DNA from: a virus
Virus record (IMG/VR): IMGVR_UViG_3300024262_000019
Span: 32,001 to 96,000 of that record
Strand: one strand, 5' to 3'
Length of the DNA: 64,000 bases
Position 1 is the first letter of the stretch. Every line of letters starts with the position of its first letter. Positions 10,138-20,575 of the stretch are shown piece after piece. The notes beneath the pieces are model-generated. The model was not told the origin of the DNA, did not search any database, and saw nothing but the letters and a program-made list of their open reading frames with translations. The position numbers were made by a program, and so were the translations under genes.

Positions 10138-10749
10138 CTAATGCTTGTCTTCGGGCTCGTACTCATCAATGGCGACCAATAGCAGCGCCTTTAGTGCATC
10201 CGTGTAGCTGAGCCCTCGATCTCTACACATTGACTTGAAAATCTCGTACTGCGAACCATCAACCCAACCATTAACCTTCACGGCGGAACCTGAATCCTGC
10301 CAATTCTGAAGATCTTCGTATAGTTCAGGCTGCGTTATGAACGATGCAATCATTGCCCTCATCAGGGCGGACACAGTTCCAAATCGTGACCCACTATGAA
10401 CGTATTTATGAACCACCTGATGAAGTGACTGGCTCATCAAAAAGTTCACCGGAGTCTTGTTGTCAATCCTGTGGGGAAGGACCCTTGCGCTATCGGCACG
10501 GAGACGACAGTCTCGACATACCGTCACTCCATTACTCACCCTGACATGCCCTCCTACGTCCGGTGGAACAACAAAGCATGCAGCGAGCTTGTTTGGGCTA
10601 GTACAGTTGACGCAGCACTCATCCCTGGCCAATACGGCTTGTTTCCAGTCCTTTAGAGACGAAACATCGGACATTGGTCCTTGCTTAGTATCATCCATAT
10701 GAATACCTCCAGCTGGAAACCAGCCACCGTATTCACTTAGTACCTCCAA
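10138..10749 (-). CDS. Degenerate HNH domain fused to two ribbon-helix-helix-like repeats; probable start near 10698
   Basis: W..AVLARD..CVNC...GG....SNGVTVCRDC scaffold lacking the His residues; then TPVNFLM...VSALMRAMI and VKVNGWV...YTDALKALL; GGAGG before MDDTK. Confidence 0.6.
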   Translation of the reverse strand: MEVLSEYGGWFPAGGIHMDDTKQGPMSDVSSLKDWKQAVLARDECCVNCTSPNKLAACFVVPPDVGGHVRVSNGVTVCRDCRLRADSARVLPHRIDNKTPVNFLMSQSLHQVVHKYVHSGSRFGTVSALMRAMIASFITQPELYEDLQNWQDSGSAVKVNGWVDGSQYEIFKSMCRDRGLSYTDALKALLLVAIDEYEPEDKH

Positions 10750-10823
10750 TGATAGGTAAGATCAAGATCTCAAGATCACTTACGTGAAGAAACCTGGAAG
10801 TATTACTATGGGTAAGATCTTAT

Positions 10824-11042
10824 CTATTCGGATTTACTAGATTCGCTTATGTCAGATATGCCGACGATAAACTTGGCAATCCTTATGGCGTCCGCACTGC
10901 CGACGGCAGCAACGGTCCTTCTCTGAATGCTGCCACGCTCGGATATGACAAACAGAACGTTATTGTCTTCGAGTCTGATGACATCAAGGCTTGCATCGTC
11001 TCCGATTTCAACCTGCACAACCTGCTCTTTTTTACGAGGCAT
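10824..11042 (-). CDS. Hypothetical protein
   Basis: 72-aa ORF with AGGTG RBS, in operon. Confidence 0.6.
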   Translation of the reverse strand: MPRKKEQVVQVEIGDDASLDVIRLEDNNVLFVISERGSIQRRTVAAVGSADAIRIAKFIVGISDISESSKSE

Positions 11043-11049
11043 ATGTCAC

Positions 11050-11772
11050 CTATGGTTTGATTCCCAAACTGAATTCTTCGATCATCTCTGGCTGTACTTC
11101 AAGTTCCATCAATGAAACCTGACCAGAGGCAGCATCGAAATCATTCCCAGACCTGTACCGAACTGGCAGGCAGTTGTGAAGCAACCATGCGCGAGCTGGT
11201 ACCCTCATAGCATGGCTAAAAGGACCGATACCAAGAGCAATACCAGCACTAGCTATACCGACCGATGACGCCGATCCGCCAAGTCCGCTGAGTGAAGCAA
11301 CCACGCCAGCAACGCCGGCAATACCAGCTACAGATGCGGCGATCTTAGGGTCATTACTTGGTTCAACATTTCCAATATTTATACTGGAGAAATGAACTAT
11401 CAGAAGGCTTCGTCTGGGACTCTGTGCTCTTCCTCCACCCTGAAGGAAGTTGGCAACTTTGGCAGCATCATTTTCGGATTCGAACTTCTTATCGCCGTGA
11501 AGCGTGAAGATGATCCAGCTATAAAAGTCAGCATCAAACATAGATGCCGCACGCTCAAAGAGAACAGGAGAAACTCGCCCACCCTTTACAACCCCACGGT
11601 TATAAAGAAAGGTTCCATCCTTGAAGGACTCTAACTCAACACCTATTTCCGGGGCAGATATCCTAGAAAATCCAAAGAGAGGATTGAAGATAGGAATGCC
11701 GCCGGACGATGTAGCATCAAATGCCCAGAAGTAATGATCCTGGAGGTAATCCGTGAATCTGCTTCTGGGCAC
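11050..11772 (-). CDS. Tail tube-like protein (second gp19-family paralogue)
   Basis: GFSRISAPE...FY.WI...W.L.NC.P..Y...DFDAASGQVSLMELEV; parallels 11805-12380. Confidence 0.8.
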   Translation of the reverse strand: MPRSRFTDYLQDHYFWAFDATSSGGIPIFNPLFGFSRISAPEIGVELESFKDGTFLYNRGVVKGGRVSPVLFERAASMFDADFYSWIIFTLHGDKKFESENDAAKVANFLQGGGRAQSPRRSLLIVHFSSINIGNVEPSNDPKIAASVAGIAGVAGVVASLSGLGGSASSVGIASAGIALGIGPFSHAMRVPARAWLLHNCLPVRYRSGNDFDAASGQVSLMELEVQPEMIEEFSLGIKP

Positions 11773-11804
11773 CTGTGTAGACTATCAGACCAACGTAAAT
11801 AGAA

Positions 11805-12380
11805 CTAGGGCGAGGCCGTACTTGCGCCGTGATCGTTGACTTCGAAGTACTCAATGGCCAGATCTAGTTCCTGAATCGAAACCTCACTAGCAGTCGCATC
11901 CAGATCTGAAGACACCTTGTGCCGAATAGGAAATGCCTGATGGCAGATATATTCGATAACACCATTGTCAGCAGGACCATGCTTGACAGCCTGCTCGGTA
12001 TTTGGGCTTGTCGATGATGTCTCTGGCTTGGAATCACGATGGAAGTGAAAGATACTAACAGTAGCTCGGTACTCGCTGTTGCCTTCGATAATATCCTTCA
12101 TCCAGGCCCAGAACGTGCCATCGGCCAATGCAACACCACGAGAGAGTGATACATCGCTGATGGATGGCATACCAACGTATTTCCTAGTGTAGATATAGTG
12201 CCCCTCGCGATACTCCACAGCGTCATGAGACGCCTCTGGTGTACTTACGGCATTGAATCCAGCACTAGGTTTCTCGGTACCAGTCTTAAGCTGACTGGTA
12301 GTTCCGGCGCCGAAGCCCTGTACTAGGACATGGAATCTAAAGTTATGTAGATAGTCACTGGACTTTGGTCTGCTAGCCAT
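11805..12380 (-). CDS. Tail tube protein (gp19 family)
   Basis: D.LHNFRFHV, AGF..VS.PE, VEYREG, LSRGV, DLDATASEVSIQELDLAIEYF. Confidence 0.92.
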   Translation of the reverse strand: MASRPKSSDYLHNFRFHVLVQGFGAGTTSQLKTGTEKPSAGFNAVSTPEASHDAVEYREGHYIYTRKYVGMPSISDVSLSRGVALADGTFWAWMKDIIEGNSEYRATVSIFHFHRDSKPETSSTSPNTEQAVKHGPADNGVIEYICHQAFPIRHKVSSDLDATASEVSIQELDLAIEYFEVNDHGASTASP

Positions 12381-12440
12381 TGGTATTCCTCAATTCTTTA
12401 CTGGATCTACTGTATCACGCTGGAAGTATCTAAGCTCGAC

Positions 12441-12923
12441 CTAGTAAGTCGCTTTCCAGCCACAGTCGTTAGTGAGTCCAGCGTCAGCCGTAGTCACGTC
12501 ATACACAAGATCGAAACCAAGATTGGTTACATTGAGAACCCATGTTGCACCGCGTGCGGCAGGGCCATCAGTCTTGTCCAATGTCAGAGTAACAACCGGA
12601 ATGACACCAGTGGGGAAAGGCTCTGGGTATACGACGCCTGTTGTAACAACTGCTACGGCGTTAACGTCGATCCCCGCCTCAAGACCATGCTGCTCCAATG
12701 GGATAGACATCAAGTCTACGTTGTCCGAAGACTGGACAGCGTCAACGCTGACGGTGCCAGCATCAACAAGAGACTTAAGACCACGCATGGAATCAAGCTC
12801 TGCTACAGATCTTTCGATCGTGATGGAATCGTTGGCAGCGCCAGCTGCACCAAGGACCACATAGGCTTCGGTGACAGGGGTGGCTACTGCGGCTAGGTTC
12901 GTTATCGTGACTGCTACACTCAT
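12441..12923 (-). CDS. Putative virion protein with C-terminal H-lectin/gp53-like beta domain
   Basis: V.YPEPF....PVV.LT...NVT..GF......W.A pattern; between sheath and tube genes. Confidence 0.5.
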   Translation of the reverse strand: MSVAVTITNLAAVATPVTEAYVVLGAAGAANDSITIERSVAELDSMRGLKSLVDAGTVSVDAVQSSDNVDLMSIPLEQHGLEAGIDVNAVAVVTTGVVYPEPFPTGVIPVVTLTLDKTDGPAARGATWVLNVTNLGFDLVYDVTTADAGLTNDCGWKATY

Positions 12924-12959
12924 GTTCTATCTCCTGTATCTGGTTTCAGTCCCTAGGAA

Positions 12960-15791
12960 CTAAGCCGTAAGGGTCTTTTGGCTAAATCTAAAGCGAATGA
13001 ATTCGCCAGGACGGTTTGGTGCGATGCCGATATCAACGATGACCTGCCCAAGGTTCGCAACCTCTGGAGGGTTATTGGTTCCATCGCAAATAACGAAGAA
13101 TGCCTGACTTGGCGAAGATCCGGCGAAGTGGCCAGTGCTGAACAGATTTGAAAGGAATCCATCGATGGACGTCTTTATCTGGGCATACAAGCTGGATGTG
13201 ATCGATTCGAATACGAATCCAAATGTTGAATTGAAGATCGACTTCTCAACAAACTGGAACAATCGAACAGCGTTGATGTACCTGAGTACGTCATTCGTTG
13301 AAGACATCGTCCTTACGCCCCAGACAGCTAGTCCAGTCTGAGTCGTATTGATCAATGGGTTGATTCGAACGGGGTAAACCGTATCCCTCTCACCCTTGTC
13401 TGGATCCTTCTCAAGACCAGTAAGGAACCTGAGAGCGCCATCTACTGTGCCGCCAGGTGCTTTACCAACATTCCTGGTCGAATCAGTCCTGGAGTAAATT
13501 CCAGCTACCCATCCGAACGGTGGAACGGTGAGGATTTTGGCAGCGTTAGTTGGATCTGTGACCCGAATCCATGGCCAATACATAGCCGCGAACTTCGTCT
13601 TCCTCGGGAAGGTAATGGTCTTGAAATCCTTTGCCTCCTGAGCGTCGAATCCTTTTGGAGTAGTAAAGATATTGAAAATATCCAAACGTCCTTCGGCGTA
13701 ATCGATTTGGTCACCCATGACAGTCGTATCGCCGGCAAAGTCCGGGATAATCAACTGCATGACTTCGTCGATCCGATCGAGGGCAAACATTCCCCTGCGA
13801 GCAGGCTGAAGAATTGGACTACTGAAGATAGTCCTGTCGAAAGTTCCACCACTTAGCGTTCCATCCGAGCCGCCGGTGAAGACATAGTCAACGCTGGTTG
13901 CGGATGGGGATGCGATGTAATCAACAGTAATGTCTGTAGCTGCAGCCGGTGCATTTGCTCCGGTCAGGAAGTTCAACACCCAGGCACCAGTCGAATTACT
14001 GATGGTGTTTGTCTTGGTGATATCAAGGCCGGTGCCAGTGACATTCCCGTTGACGTCAACAACAAGAGTCCTAAGCGGAAGACCAGACACAGCCTCGTAA
14101 GTTACGACCGCTGAAGTCTTAACTATCGAAGTGTTTGCCAGGGTTCCAGAGAATGCAGCTGTGGTTCCGTCGCCGGAATCCATAACCTCTGCCGTGACGG
14201 CAGTCCCTTTGAGAACAGATGGAACATCAAGAGCACCGGTATCCGTGATGGTCACGAAGTCCGAGTTATCGTTCATGATATCTGGGAAATACAGAGCATC
14301 TCCTGCATCATCGAATACGATCTCTTCGTATGTTTCCTTGACCTCATCTTCGCCGGTGAAGCCGCTAGTCAGGAGAACCGTCACGTCATACTTTGAGTAT
14401 GTTCCAGCGCCAGTGACTGCCTGGGTTCCAGATGTGAAATAGTTCTCGTTTCCTGAGATACGCAGCGTGAGACTGTCCGACCAGGAGCCTACGTTATCGG
14501 CGTCCATCTCCCACATGCAGTAGCTGTAATCAACGATTACATCGTTGCCGAGGAAGGGAAGATCCGTGCCGCCGGTAAAGGTTACGCTAATAGCTCCAGT
14601 GGCATAATCAACAGTTCCAGCGACACCGGTGCCACCAGCTGTGGTTGCGGTAAATACGCCAAGTCCATTGTCCGTAACCGTCTGCAGGGCACCGCCTGCT
14701 TCGTAGTCTGCGGTCATAGATAGGGCATCGGGACCGTTGTCGGTTCCAATGGTCCTGGCCGCAAACGTCATAGTCAGAACGCCAGTGTCTCGATCCAGTG
14801 AAGCTGAGGAGATACGAGCAGCATCGGCGCCACCAACAGTGGATACACCGGTGATAGTTGCCGTCTTAACATCGTTGTCCGTACCGCCGGACATGACAGC
14901 CGCGCCGAACGATGTCGTGCCACCGGTCGTAGTGGTAGCAAGCGCGTTGCCAGCCGTGCCACCCAGAAGGGCCCAAACATCTACCGTCGAACCAGGGGTA
15001 ACTACTGCTGCAGCAGCATCAGGGTTGACGACCGTGCCTGTTCCGTAGAGAGATCCAATACCAGTGCCAGCAGTAACGGCGGCAACCAGGTTATTTAGTG
15101 CAGTGGTGTCCGAGGCACCGATAAGGACGCTATTTGCGCCACCGAGCACCGTATTGAACGTGTACGTTACGCTGCCAATCGTGACAGTATCCGTATCCAC
15201 GATTGGACCACCAGACACCGTGAGCAGTTCGGTTGCCTGAATAGACTCTGTCCAGTTCAGGGTAACGAGTGCGTCTGTTAGGGGGAAGGCTGCAAGAGCC
15301 GCACTGACATGGGGACCAACAACGGCTTCGCCGATAGCTGGAGTGAATGTCATCGCTTCGCCTGTGGTTCCACCGGCTGGATCATTGCGCCAACCAACAA
15401 CAACCGACCCCTTGAACAGGGGAACATTGGCCATCGTAGCGCCAAGGGTAACGGTAGCGCCCGTACCAAGGCCAAGGGCCTCGGCTACAACTGGCTCAGT
15501 GACACAGGATTCACCTGCAACCGAGTCGGTTGGGACAACACGAACTACGTACGCCCTGGTCCCACCGTTGGCGAAGAATGCCTGTACGGTAATTGGGACA
15601 CGAGAGTCGTTCGTATACTCACCGAATGTACGAACAAAGTCGTCGTTGCTGGTTATCAGCTTGGCTACGTTGTCTGGACCTCTGCCGGTCCATCCCATTG
15701 TGGCCATTGTTGAGGTTCCAACTGCATCGACCTGTTGGCCGCTGACATTGACTTCCTCAATAAAAATACCCGGTGAAAGAAATTCAGCCAC
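12960..15791 (-). CDS. Contractile tail sheath protein (gp18 family) with large inserted domains
   Basis: SPGIFIEE, FFANGG..AYVVRV, AAMYWPW, PP.G..AG...R.D....V.KAP, WGVRT, YINAVRL, IGIAP.RPGEFIRFRF. Confidence 0.95.
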   Translation of the reverse strand: MAEFLSPGIFIEEVNVSGQQVDAVGTSTMATMGWTGRGPDNVAKLITSNDDFVRTFGEYTNDSRVPITVQAFFANGGTRAYVVRVVPTDSVAGESCVTEPVVAEALGLGTGATVTLGATMANVPLFKGSVVVGWRNDPAGGTTGEAMTFTPAIGEAVVGPHVSAALAAFPLTDALVTLNWTESIQATELLTVSGGPIVDTDTVTIGSVTYTFNTVLGGANSVLIGASDTTALNNLVAAVTAGTGIGSLYGTGTVVNPDAAAAVVTPGSTVDVWALLGGTAGNALATTTTGGTTSFGAAVMSGGTDNDVKTATITGVSTVGGADAARISSASLDRDTGVLTMTFAARTIGTDNGPDALSMTADYEAGGALQTVTDNGLGVFTATTAGGTGVAGTVDYATGAISVTFTGGTDLPFLGNDVIVDYSYCMWEMDADNVGSWSDSLTLRISGNENYFTSGTQAVTGAGTYSKYDVTVLLTSGFTGEDEVKETYEEIVFDDAGDALYFPDIMNDNSDFVTITDTGALDVPSVLKGTAVTAEVMDSGDGTTAAFSGTLANTSIVKTSAVVTYEAVSGLPLRTLVVDVNGNVTGTGLDITKTNTISNSTGAWVLNFLTGANAPAAATDITVDYIASPSATSVDYVFTGGSDGTLSGGTFDRTIFSSPILQPARRGMFALDRIDEVMQLIIPDFAGDTTVMGDQIDYAEGRLDIFNIFTTPKGFDAQEAKDFKTITFPRKTKFAAMYWPWIRVTDPTNAAKILTVPPFGWVAGIYSRTDSTRNVGKAPGGTVDGALRFLTGLEKDPDKGERDTVYPVRINPLINTTQTGLAVWGVRTMSSTNDVLRYINAVRLFQFVEKSIFNSTFGFVFESITSSLYAQIKTSIDGFLSNLFSTGHFAGSSPSQAFFVICDGTNNPPEVANLGQVIVDIGIAPNRPGEFIRFRFSQKTLTA

Positions 15792-15835
15792 TATTGCCTC
15801 CTAGATGATCAAATTCAGAGGCCAGTAGATCAGCA

Positions 15836-16318
15836 TTAGTCCTTTCGCTTGAAAGTCCTTTTGCTTCTCTTTTTGGGTATCTCTGCGGCATCAGCCTTGG
15901 TCTGCTTGTTCGAATTACTCTGGGTATCTTTTTTCTGAATATCAGATTGTTTTTTTACGGCTTTTGCACTCTTTTTAGCCGGTTCGATACCCTGTGATTC
16001 GTTCGCGACCTTAACATGGCTTAGATGATGACTACTGGAAGTATCCAGATCTACTAAGCTAGGTACCGACGCAGGCTTGATTGGCAGATCTTCCTTTGTC
16101 TTTATTTTTACTGGAGCTGGCCTGGTCACACTGGACACTGCCACCACCGGATCTCCACCCCTATTAGCAAGCTTCCTCTCCCGTACAAGGTTCCAAACGT
16201 AAGCACTCATCTGCTCAGGCTTTACGTATGTCTTCTTCCTGGGTGGAAAATGAAGCAATGAGCCGTCAAATGCTTCGACTGCTTGTGTTTCAGGTGTCGG
16301 GTTGTAGATCCAAGGCAT
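15836..16318 (-). CDS. Hypothetical protein with Lys-rich C-terminus
   Basis: 160-aa ORF with GGAG RBS upstream of the sheath gene. Confidence 0.65.
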   Translation of the reverse strand: MPWIYNPTPETQAVEAFDGSLLHFPPRKKTYVKPEQMSAYVWNLVRERKLANRGGDPVVAVSSVTRPAPVKIKTKEDLPIKPASVPSLVDLDTSSSHHLSHVKVANESQGIEPAKKSAKAVKKQSDIQKKDTQSNSNKQTKADAAEIPKKRSKRTFKRKD

Positions 16319-16340
16319 CTTGTCACTCCATTTATATCTT

Positions 16341-17060
16341 CTAAAGAAGTCCGGTATTTACAGTAGGAAGCCCAGACATCGCCCGCTGGACAACAGGGTC
16401 ATTCAAATCAAGCTCAGCTTCCACTCGCAGGGTAATGTTGAAGTTAGTCTCCCTACCAGCAACATCTGGCTTTGTATCCAGCGCCGATGGGCTCTCCATG
16501 AATGCCGTATAGCTACGAAGGTCGTCATTGCTGTCCTTTAGGTAGACAGTCGTATACGGAGGATATCTCTTCAGCGTATGACGAAGCATTTGCATTGCTT
16601 CTACCTTAAGATTGTTGCGATACCGCGCACGAATCTGGATTGTGTACATCAGATCGAAAGGCACCGCCTGGGCCTTGTTCTCATACTGATCGAATCCCTC
16701 GGCCATGGTGTCTCCGGTCCTTGGATTCAAAATCGTAACAGGGGAGGCGCTGGTGGCTGGAACGCGATACTGCTCATTCCCAGGATGCCACCTACTCATA
16801 GCTGGAGTTATGTCATCCCTCCTGATCACAAACGAAGGCAAGATCTTCGGATCTATCGTCTCGTCTGGGAACGCAAAGTAGATGGGAATACCCTCGAACT
16901 CAATATTCCCCGTAGGCGGAGGAGGACTTACGCCGAGTACATCCACAACATACATATCGCCAATCGTATTCACGACTCCGCCGAGAGTGGTAATCACCCC
17001 TCTGTCAAAATCTGACAGCCATACATCTCCATTGCGTTCATTTTCCTGAGAAAGAACCAT
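16341..17060 (-). CDS. Tail completion/terminator protein (gp15-like)
   Basis: IP..FA.P...LP...I.R, AVP.DL.Y.I, LRVEAELD; position between neck and sheath. Confidence 0.65.
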   Translation of the reverse strand: MVLSQENERNGDVWLSDFDRGVITTLGGVVNTIGDMYVVDVLGVSPPPPTGNIEFEGIPIYFAFPDETIDPKILPSFVIRRDDITPAMSRWHPGNEQYRVPATSASPVTILNPRTGDTMAEGFDQYENKAQAVPFDLMYTIQIRARYRNNLKVEAMQMLRHTLKRYPPYTTVYLKDSNDDLRSYTAFMESPSALDTKPDVAGRETNFNITLRVEAELDLNDPVVQRAMSGLPTVNTGLL

Positions 17061-17899
17061 TAGCGACCTAGCCTATTCTGGAAACCAGCAAATTTTGAAG
17101 CCTGTCCAGAAGATATCTTATCCAGTTTAGGCGGGAAGCTCTTGTACCGTTTTGAATTTGGATTAGTCATGGTCTGCCCAATGATCTTCTCACTGATTGC
17201 CATCCTGCCTATGCTACTGCTGATCGACTTAATCATCCTCCTGAACACCGGCTTCGACTTTCCACTCCCACCGCCAAACTCCATCTCTAGAGCCTGCATG
17301 GCAACGTCGGGTATCGCCTTGCTCCTCCTTGTCACCTTGCCAGGATCTCCAGGCTTGCCCTTCTTTATCTTCCTGCCCATCTCGCGAAGCTCGGACCTGA
17401 TTCCCGCAATCTTCCCACTCTGCATCTTGGCAACCTTGTCGGCTTCCTTCTTCGTCACCTTGCGCTGGATAACGGTAGCCTCCTTCTTTGTTGGCCAAAA
17501 AGGAATCGTGTCAGCTGTCCATGGCCCCTTGTCCTCTAGAATCTGTACAGCAGGATCTGGCCTAACGAGACGCTTCTTGGCTCGCACATAGAGCACGGTC
17601 TTGGGAACATCGAGCTTACGTATCCGCTTGGATTTTGTTGGGGCATATATCGCATACCCAGCTCGGTTTTTGCCGCCAACGCCAATCTCAACTAGCTGTA
17701 AAGACTCCTTTAGATCTGCATAGTCAGACCCACCAGGAATCTCGTCTTTGATCATATCAAAGGCATTTTTAGCAGCGAGATAGCTCACGATTTTATGAAG
17801 AGCTTCCGCCCTCTCGGTAAGCTCCTTGGTCACCAACCTCCAGTTGTTTATGGTGCTTGGTGACTTCTGGATATCTACAAATCTGCCGCCCTTGGGCAT
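17060..17899 (-). CDS. Basic hypothetical neck/tail-region protein
   Basis: 279 aa; LEMEFG....PVFR ending resembles HK97 gp10-like tail completion proteins. Confidence 0.5.
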   Translation of the reverse strand: MPKGGRFVDIQKSPSTINNWRLVTKELTERAEALHKIVSYLAAKNAFDMIKDEIPGGSDYADLKESLQLVEIGVGGKNRAGYAIYAPTKSKRIRKLDVPKTVLYVRAKKRLVRPDPAVQILEDKGPWTADTIPFWPTKKEATVIQRKVTKKEADKVAKMQSGKIAGIRSELREMGRKIKKGKPGDPGKVTRRSKAIPDVAMQALEMEFGGGSGKSKPVFRRMIKSISSSIGRMAISEKIIGQTMTNPNSKRYKSFPPKLDKISSGQASKFAGFQNRLGR

Positions 17900-17900
17900 G

Positions 17901-18314
17901 TTAACCCCTGAACCGAATCACTGGCTTATCGGGAGGGTCATCCTCTCTAATCTCGGAATCGCCATCCTTGGAGAGTAGGACTAGATTCGGAGCCTGCTTA
18001 CCCTCTGGCTTCAATTTTTTCATCAGCTCAATATGCTCAACGCAGACGCCTATGACACGAGGATGTTCACTCACTCTGATCGCATGAGTGGCCTTGTTTC
18101 CGCACCGAAAACAGAACTGATCGAACTGGGTCATCGGACCCTTGTACTCATGGAAGGCACCTCCAGCGATCGGACCTCCGCACCCGTCAACGGCAAGACA
18201 CCTGCCATCTGGAACACCCCTATCCCTGGCATTCCAATAGTTCTCACATGTAGCGCAAACCACATTGAGGCCATCGCCGATGGCTGCAGCTATCTTCATT
18301 TGATCCAATGGCAC
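17901..18314 (-). CDS. Cys-rich putative Zn-binding protein
   Basis: CATC, C....C, CFRC and CVEH motifs. Confidence 0.6.
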   Translation of the reverse strand: MPLDQMKIAAAIGDGLNVVCATCENYWNARDRGVPDGRCLAVDGCGGPIAGGAFHEYKGPMTQFDQFCFRCGNKATHAIRVSEHPRVIGVCVEHIELMKKLKPEGKQAPNLVLLSKDGDSEIREDDPPDKPVIRFRG

Positions 18315-20575
18315 TAGCTATACCTAGCCTTCTCCCTGTGCATATCCCGATATGTGTTCAAGAACATGCCCTCTGGGGCAACTCCGGCGGTAGCAGCTGC
18401 TGAGCGCATTGCTCCTAGGACATTCTTAACATCGGACAGCCTAGATGCTCGCTCCCTGTCAATGACACTTGGATCTGCAAACATCCTGGTAGTCATAATC
18501 TCCCTATCCTGGTCTGGGGAATCAGTGCTACATGCATGCGGCGTCATATAGCTCTTAGCCAGCCCTGGGCCTTCGCTGGGGTTGCCAGCTGGACCGTAAA
18601 CCGTCCTACCCAGATCTGGATATGCATCCTCCACACACATGGCGACGTCGTCGCTGGCTGCCTGTAAAGCCCTGTACGAATACCCAATAAGCGCCGGGAC
18701 TACTCCCTCATCCATCGACAGATTGGCAAGAAGAGAGAATGATTCCTTCGTCAGTGCCGATGGCATCGAGACACGGGATTCAACCCCCCGCCAGGCATGG
18801 AAGAAATCACCAGCGCCATTCTGGTACGCAGAAACGAGAGATTGTGACTCCTCGACAGGAAGCATTGCGATGCTTGCCAACTGGCAAACCTCATCCCAAT
18901 CCAATTGAGACAGAGCCTCGATAACCGCCTGACCTACCAGGTCGCTCGCCTCAAACCTGGAAAATACATCGAACGGATCTTCCGTTCTGTATGAGGACTC
19001 GCCATCGAGAACATCTCGCATCTCCGACAGCAGGGACCCACTTCTGGCAACCGACTCACCTACGCTGGCAGTTCCAGCTGGACCTTTCTCACGCTTTGGA
19101 GCGGCATCCGCCTTGGCCTTCTGATCTGCAATACCAGGTCTATTAGCCATGAACTTCTTGTGAAACCCAGACAGAGCCTGCCCAATTCGATGCAAAACTC
19201 CACGCTTTTTAGGAGCTGAATCATCAGCTGCGGATTTAGCTGCACTCGGAGCTGCTGCCCTAGCTGCGCTTGGAGCTGCCTGAGCATTATCAGAGCCACC
19301 CTTGGCGCGACCATGGAGATACCCAGCACCCTGAGCAGCATGGCCAACGGCAGCTCCTGCTAGTTTAAATGGAGCAGCGGCAGCTTTACCCATAAGGCCA
19401 AGGGCCTTCTTGCCCATCTCCTTCCGGCTAGCACTTTTAGCGCTCTTATCCGCCTGGCTGACTGCCTGCTTCTTAGCCTGCAATTTCATCTTGGCGTCGT
19501 GAGCCTCCTTGCTGCCATGAGTCGCCAGCATCCCAGAGAAGCCAGTGGACTTGGCTGCTGCAGCCTTCTTGGCAAGTGGATCTACTCCGGCAACATCCTT
19601 AGCGTGCATCTTAGCCTGCCTTCTGGCAGCCTTGTCTAAGCCAGTCCTAGCCTTATCACTGGCCTTGCCAACCGTCTGCTTACGCAAACGTGACGCACCC
19701 CTGGCCATGGCCTTATCCATCCTGGCCACACCTTGCTTACGTACATCTGACTTCTGCTTCAACAGGGAAGCACCCTTGGATAAAGATTGATCCATCCTCG
19801 ACGATCCCTGTTGCTGAGCAAGAACCTTGCTAGCACTAGGGAATTTGCTCATATCTACTTTTTCAAAGTGATACTGCACGTCCTCTGACATCGGTCTGTC
19901 TGGGTAGCAAAGAGCCTCAAGAACTTCCTCTGCAAGACCGTCTGGACCGTTCTCAACCAGATCTCCTAGGTAAGCAAACCCTTCAGGTCCGACCCACTCA
20001 TAAAATTCGGCAATGTCCATAAAGTCATCAGGGCTAATGACTGCAAGATGCTCAAGGGCAATGTCGTATTCGGAGTCCGTAGAACCCATGTATTCGCTGG
20101 CGATATACGAAGCTATAAAATCATCTTCGTTCAATATCTCCGGCTCATCAAATCTGAATGGTGCTGGATAGCTCTCACTAACGATGCCAACCAACTCTTC
20201 GATCAAGGCGCTAGACCTGCCGTACAGAGTGCTCTCGTCGAACGTTGGAGTTAGTCCATAGACATTGCGAAGCACCATAGCCACGTCTGGAGCTAGGCCA
20301 GCGGATAGCCCCATCGACTCAAGGTACCCAACGATGACCTTCTTAGGAATACAGTCCGACTTACGCAGACCTGACTCTTTAACGATCATCTTCGCAACTT
20401 CATCCGGAATATATCCAGCGCCAGGTGATACCTGACCCGATGGATCAAACTGACTTACGTTTGGGTTTCCAAGAAAAAGTGCCTGGCCGGGGCCGCTCAT
20501 CATCCAAGTAGACATAACCATATCTCCTATGGCGGGGTTATCCGCCCTGTATCCTGCAGAGATCTGAATTTCCAT
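18314..20575 (-). CDS. Large hypothetical protein, probable internal head protein; likely start near 20515
   Basis: Acidic N-terminal domain, Lys/Ala-rich centre, acidic C-terminal domain; GGAGAT RBS before MVMST. Confidence 0.6.
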   Translation of the reverse strand: MEIQISAGYRADNPAIGDMVMSTWMMSGPGQALFLGNPNVSQFDPSGQVSPGAGYIPDEVAKMIVKESGLRKSDCIPKKVIVGYLESMGLSAGLAPDVAMVLRNVYGLTPTFDESTLYGRSSALIEELVGIVSESYPAPFRFDEPEILNEDDFIASYIASEYMGSTDSEYDIALEHLAVISPDDFMDIAEFYEWVGPEGFAYLGDLVENGPDGLAEEVLEALCYPDRPMSEDVQYHFEKVDMSKFPSASKVLAQQQGSSRMDQSLSKGASLLKQKSDVRKQGVARMDKAMARGASRLRKQTVGKASDKARTGLDKAARRQAKMHAKDVAGVDPLAKKAAAAKSTGFSGMLATHGSKEAHDAKMKLQAKKQAVSQADKSAKSASRKEMGKKALGLMGKAAAAPFKLAGAAVGHAAQGAGYLHGRAKGGSDNAQAAPSAARAAAPSAAKSAADDSAPKKRGVLHRIGQALSGFHKKFMANRPGIADQKAKADAAPKREKGPAGTASVGESVARSGSLLSEMRDVLDGESSYRTEDPFDVFSRFEASDLVGQAVIEALSQLDWDEVCQLASIAMLPVEESQSLVSAYQNGAGDFFHAWRGVESRVSMPSALTKESFSLLANLSMDEGVVPALIGYSYRALQAASDDVAMCVEDAYPDLGRTVYGPAGNPSEGPGLAKSYMTPHACSTDSPDQDREIMTTRMFADPSVIDRERASRLSDVKNVLGAMRSAAATAGVAPEGMFLNTYRDMHREKARYS

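Noticed and set aside
1-17060. Extracellular contractile injection system or T6SS
   Set aside because: The tail genes are contiguous with capsid, portal, protease, terminase and replication genes, so this is a phage
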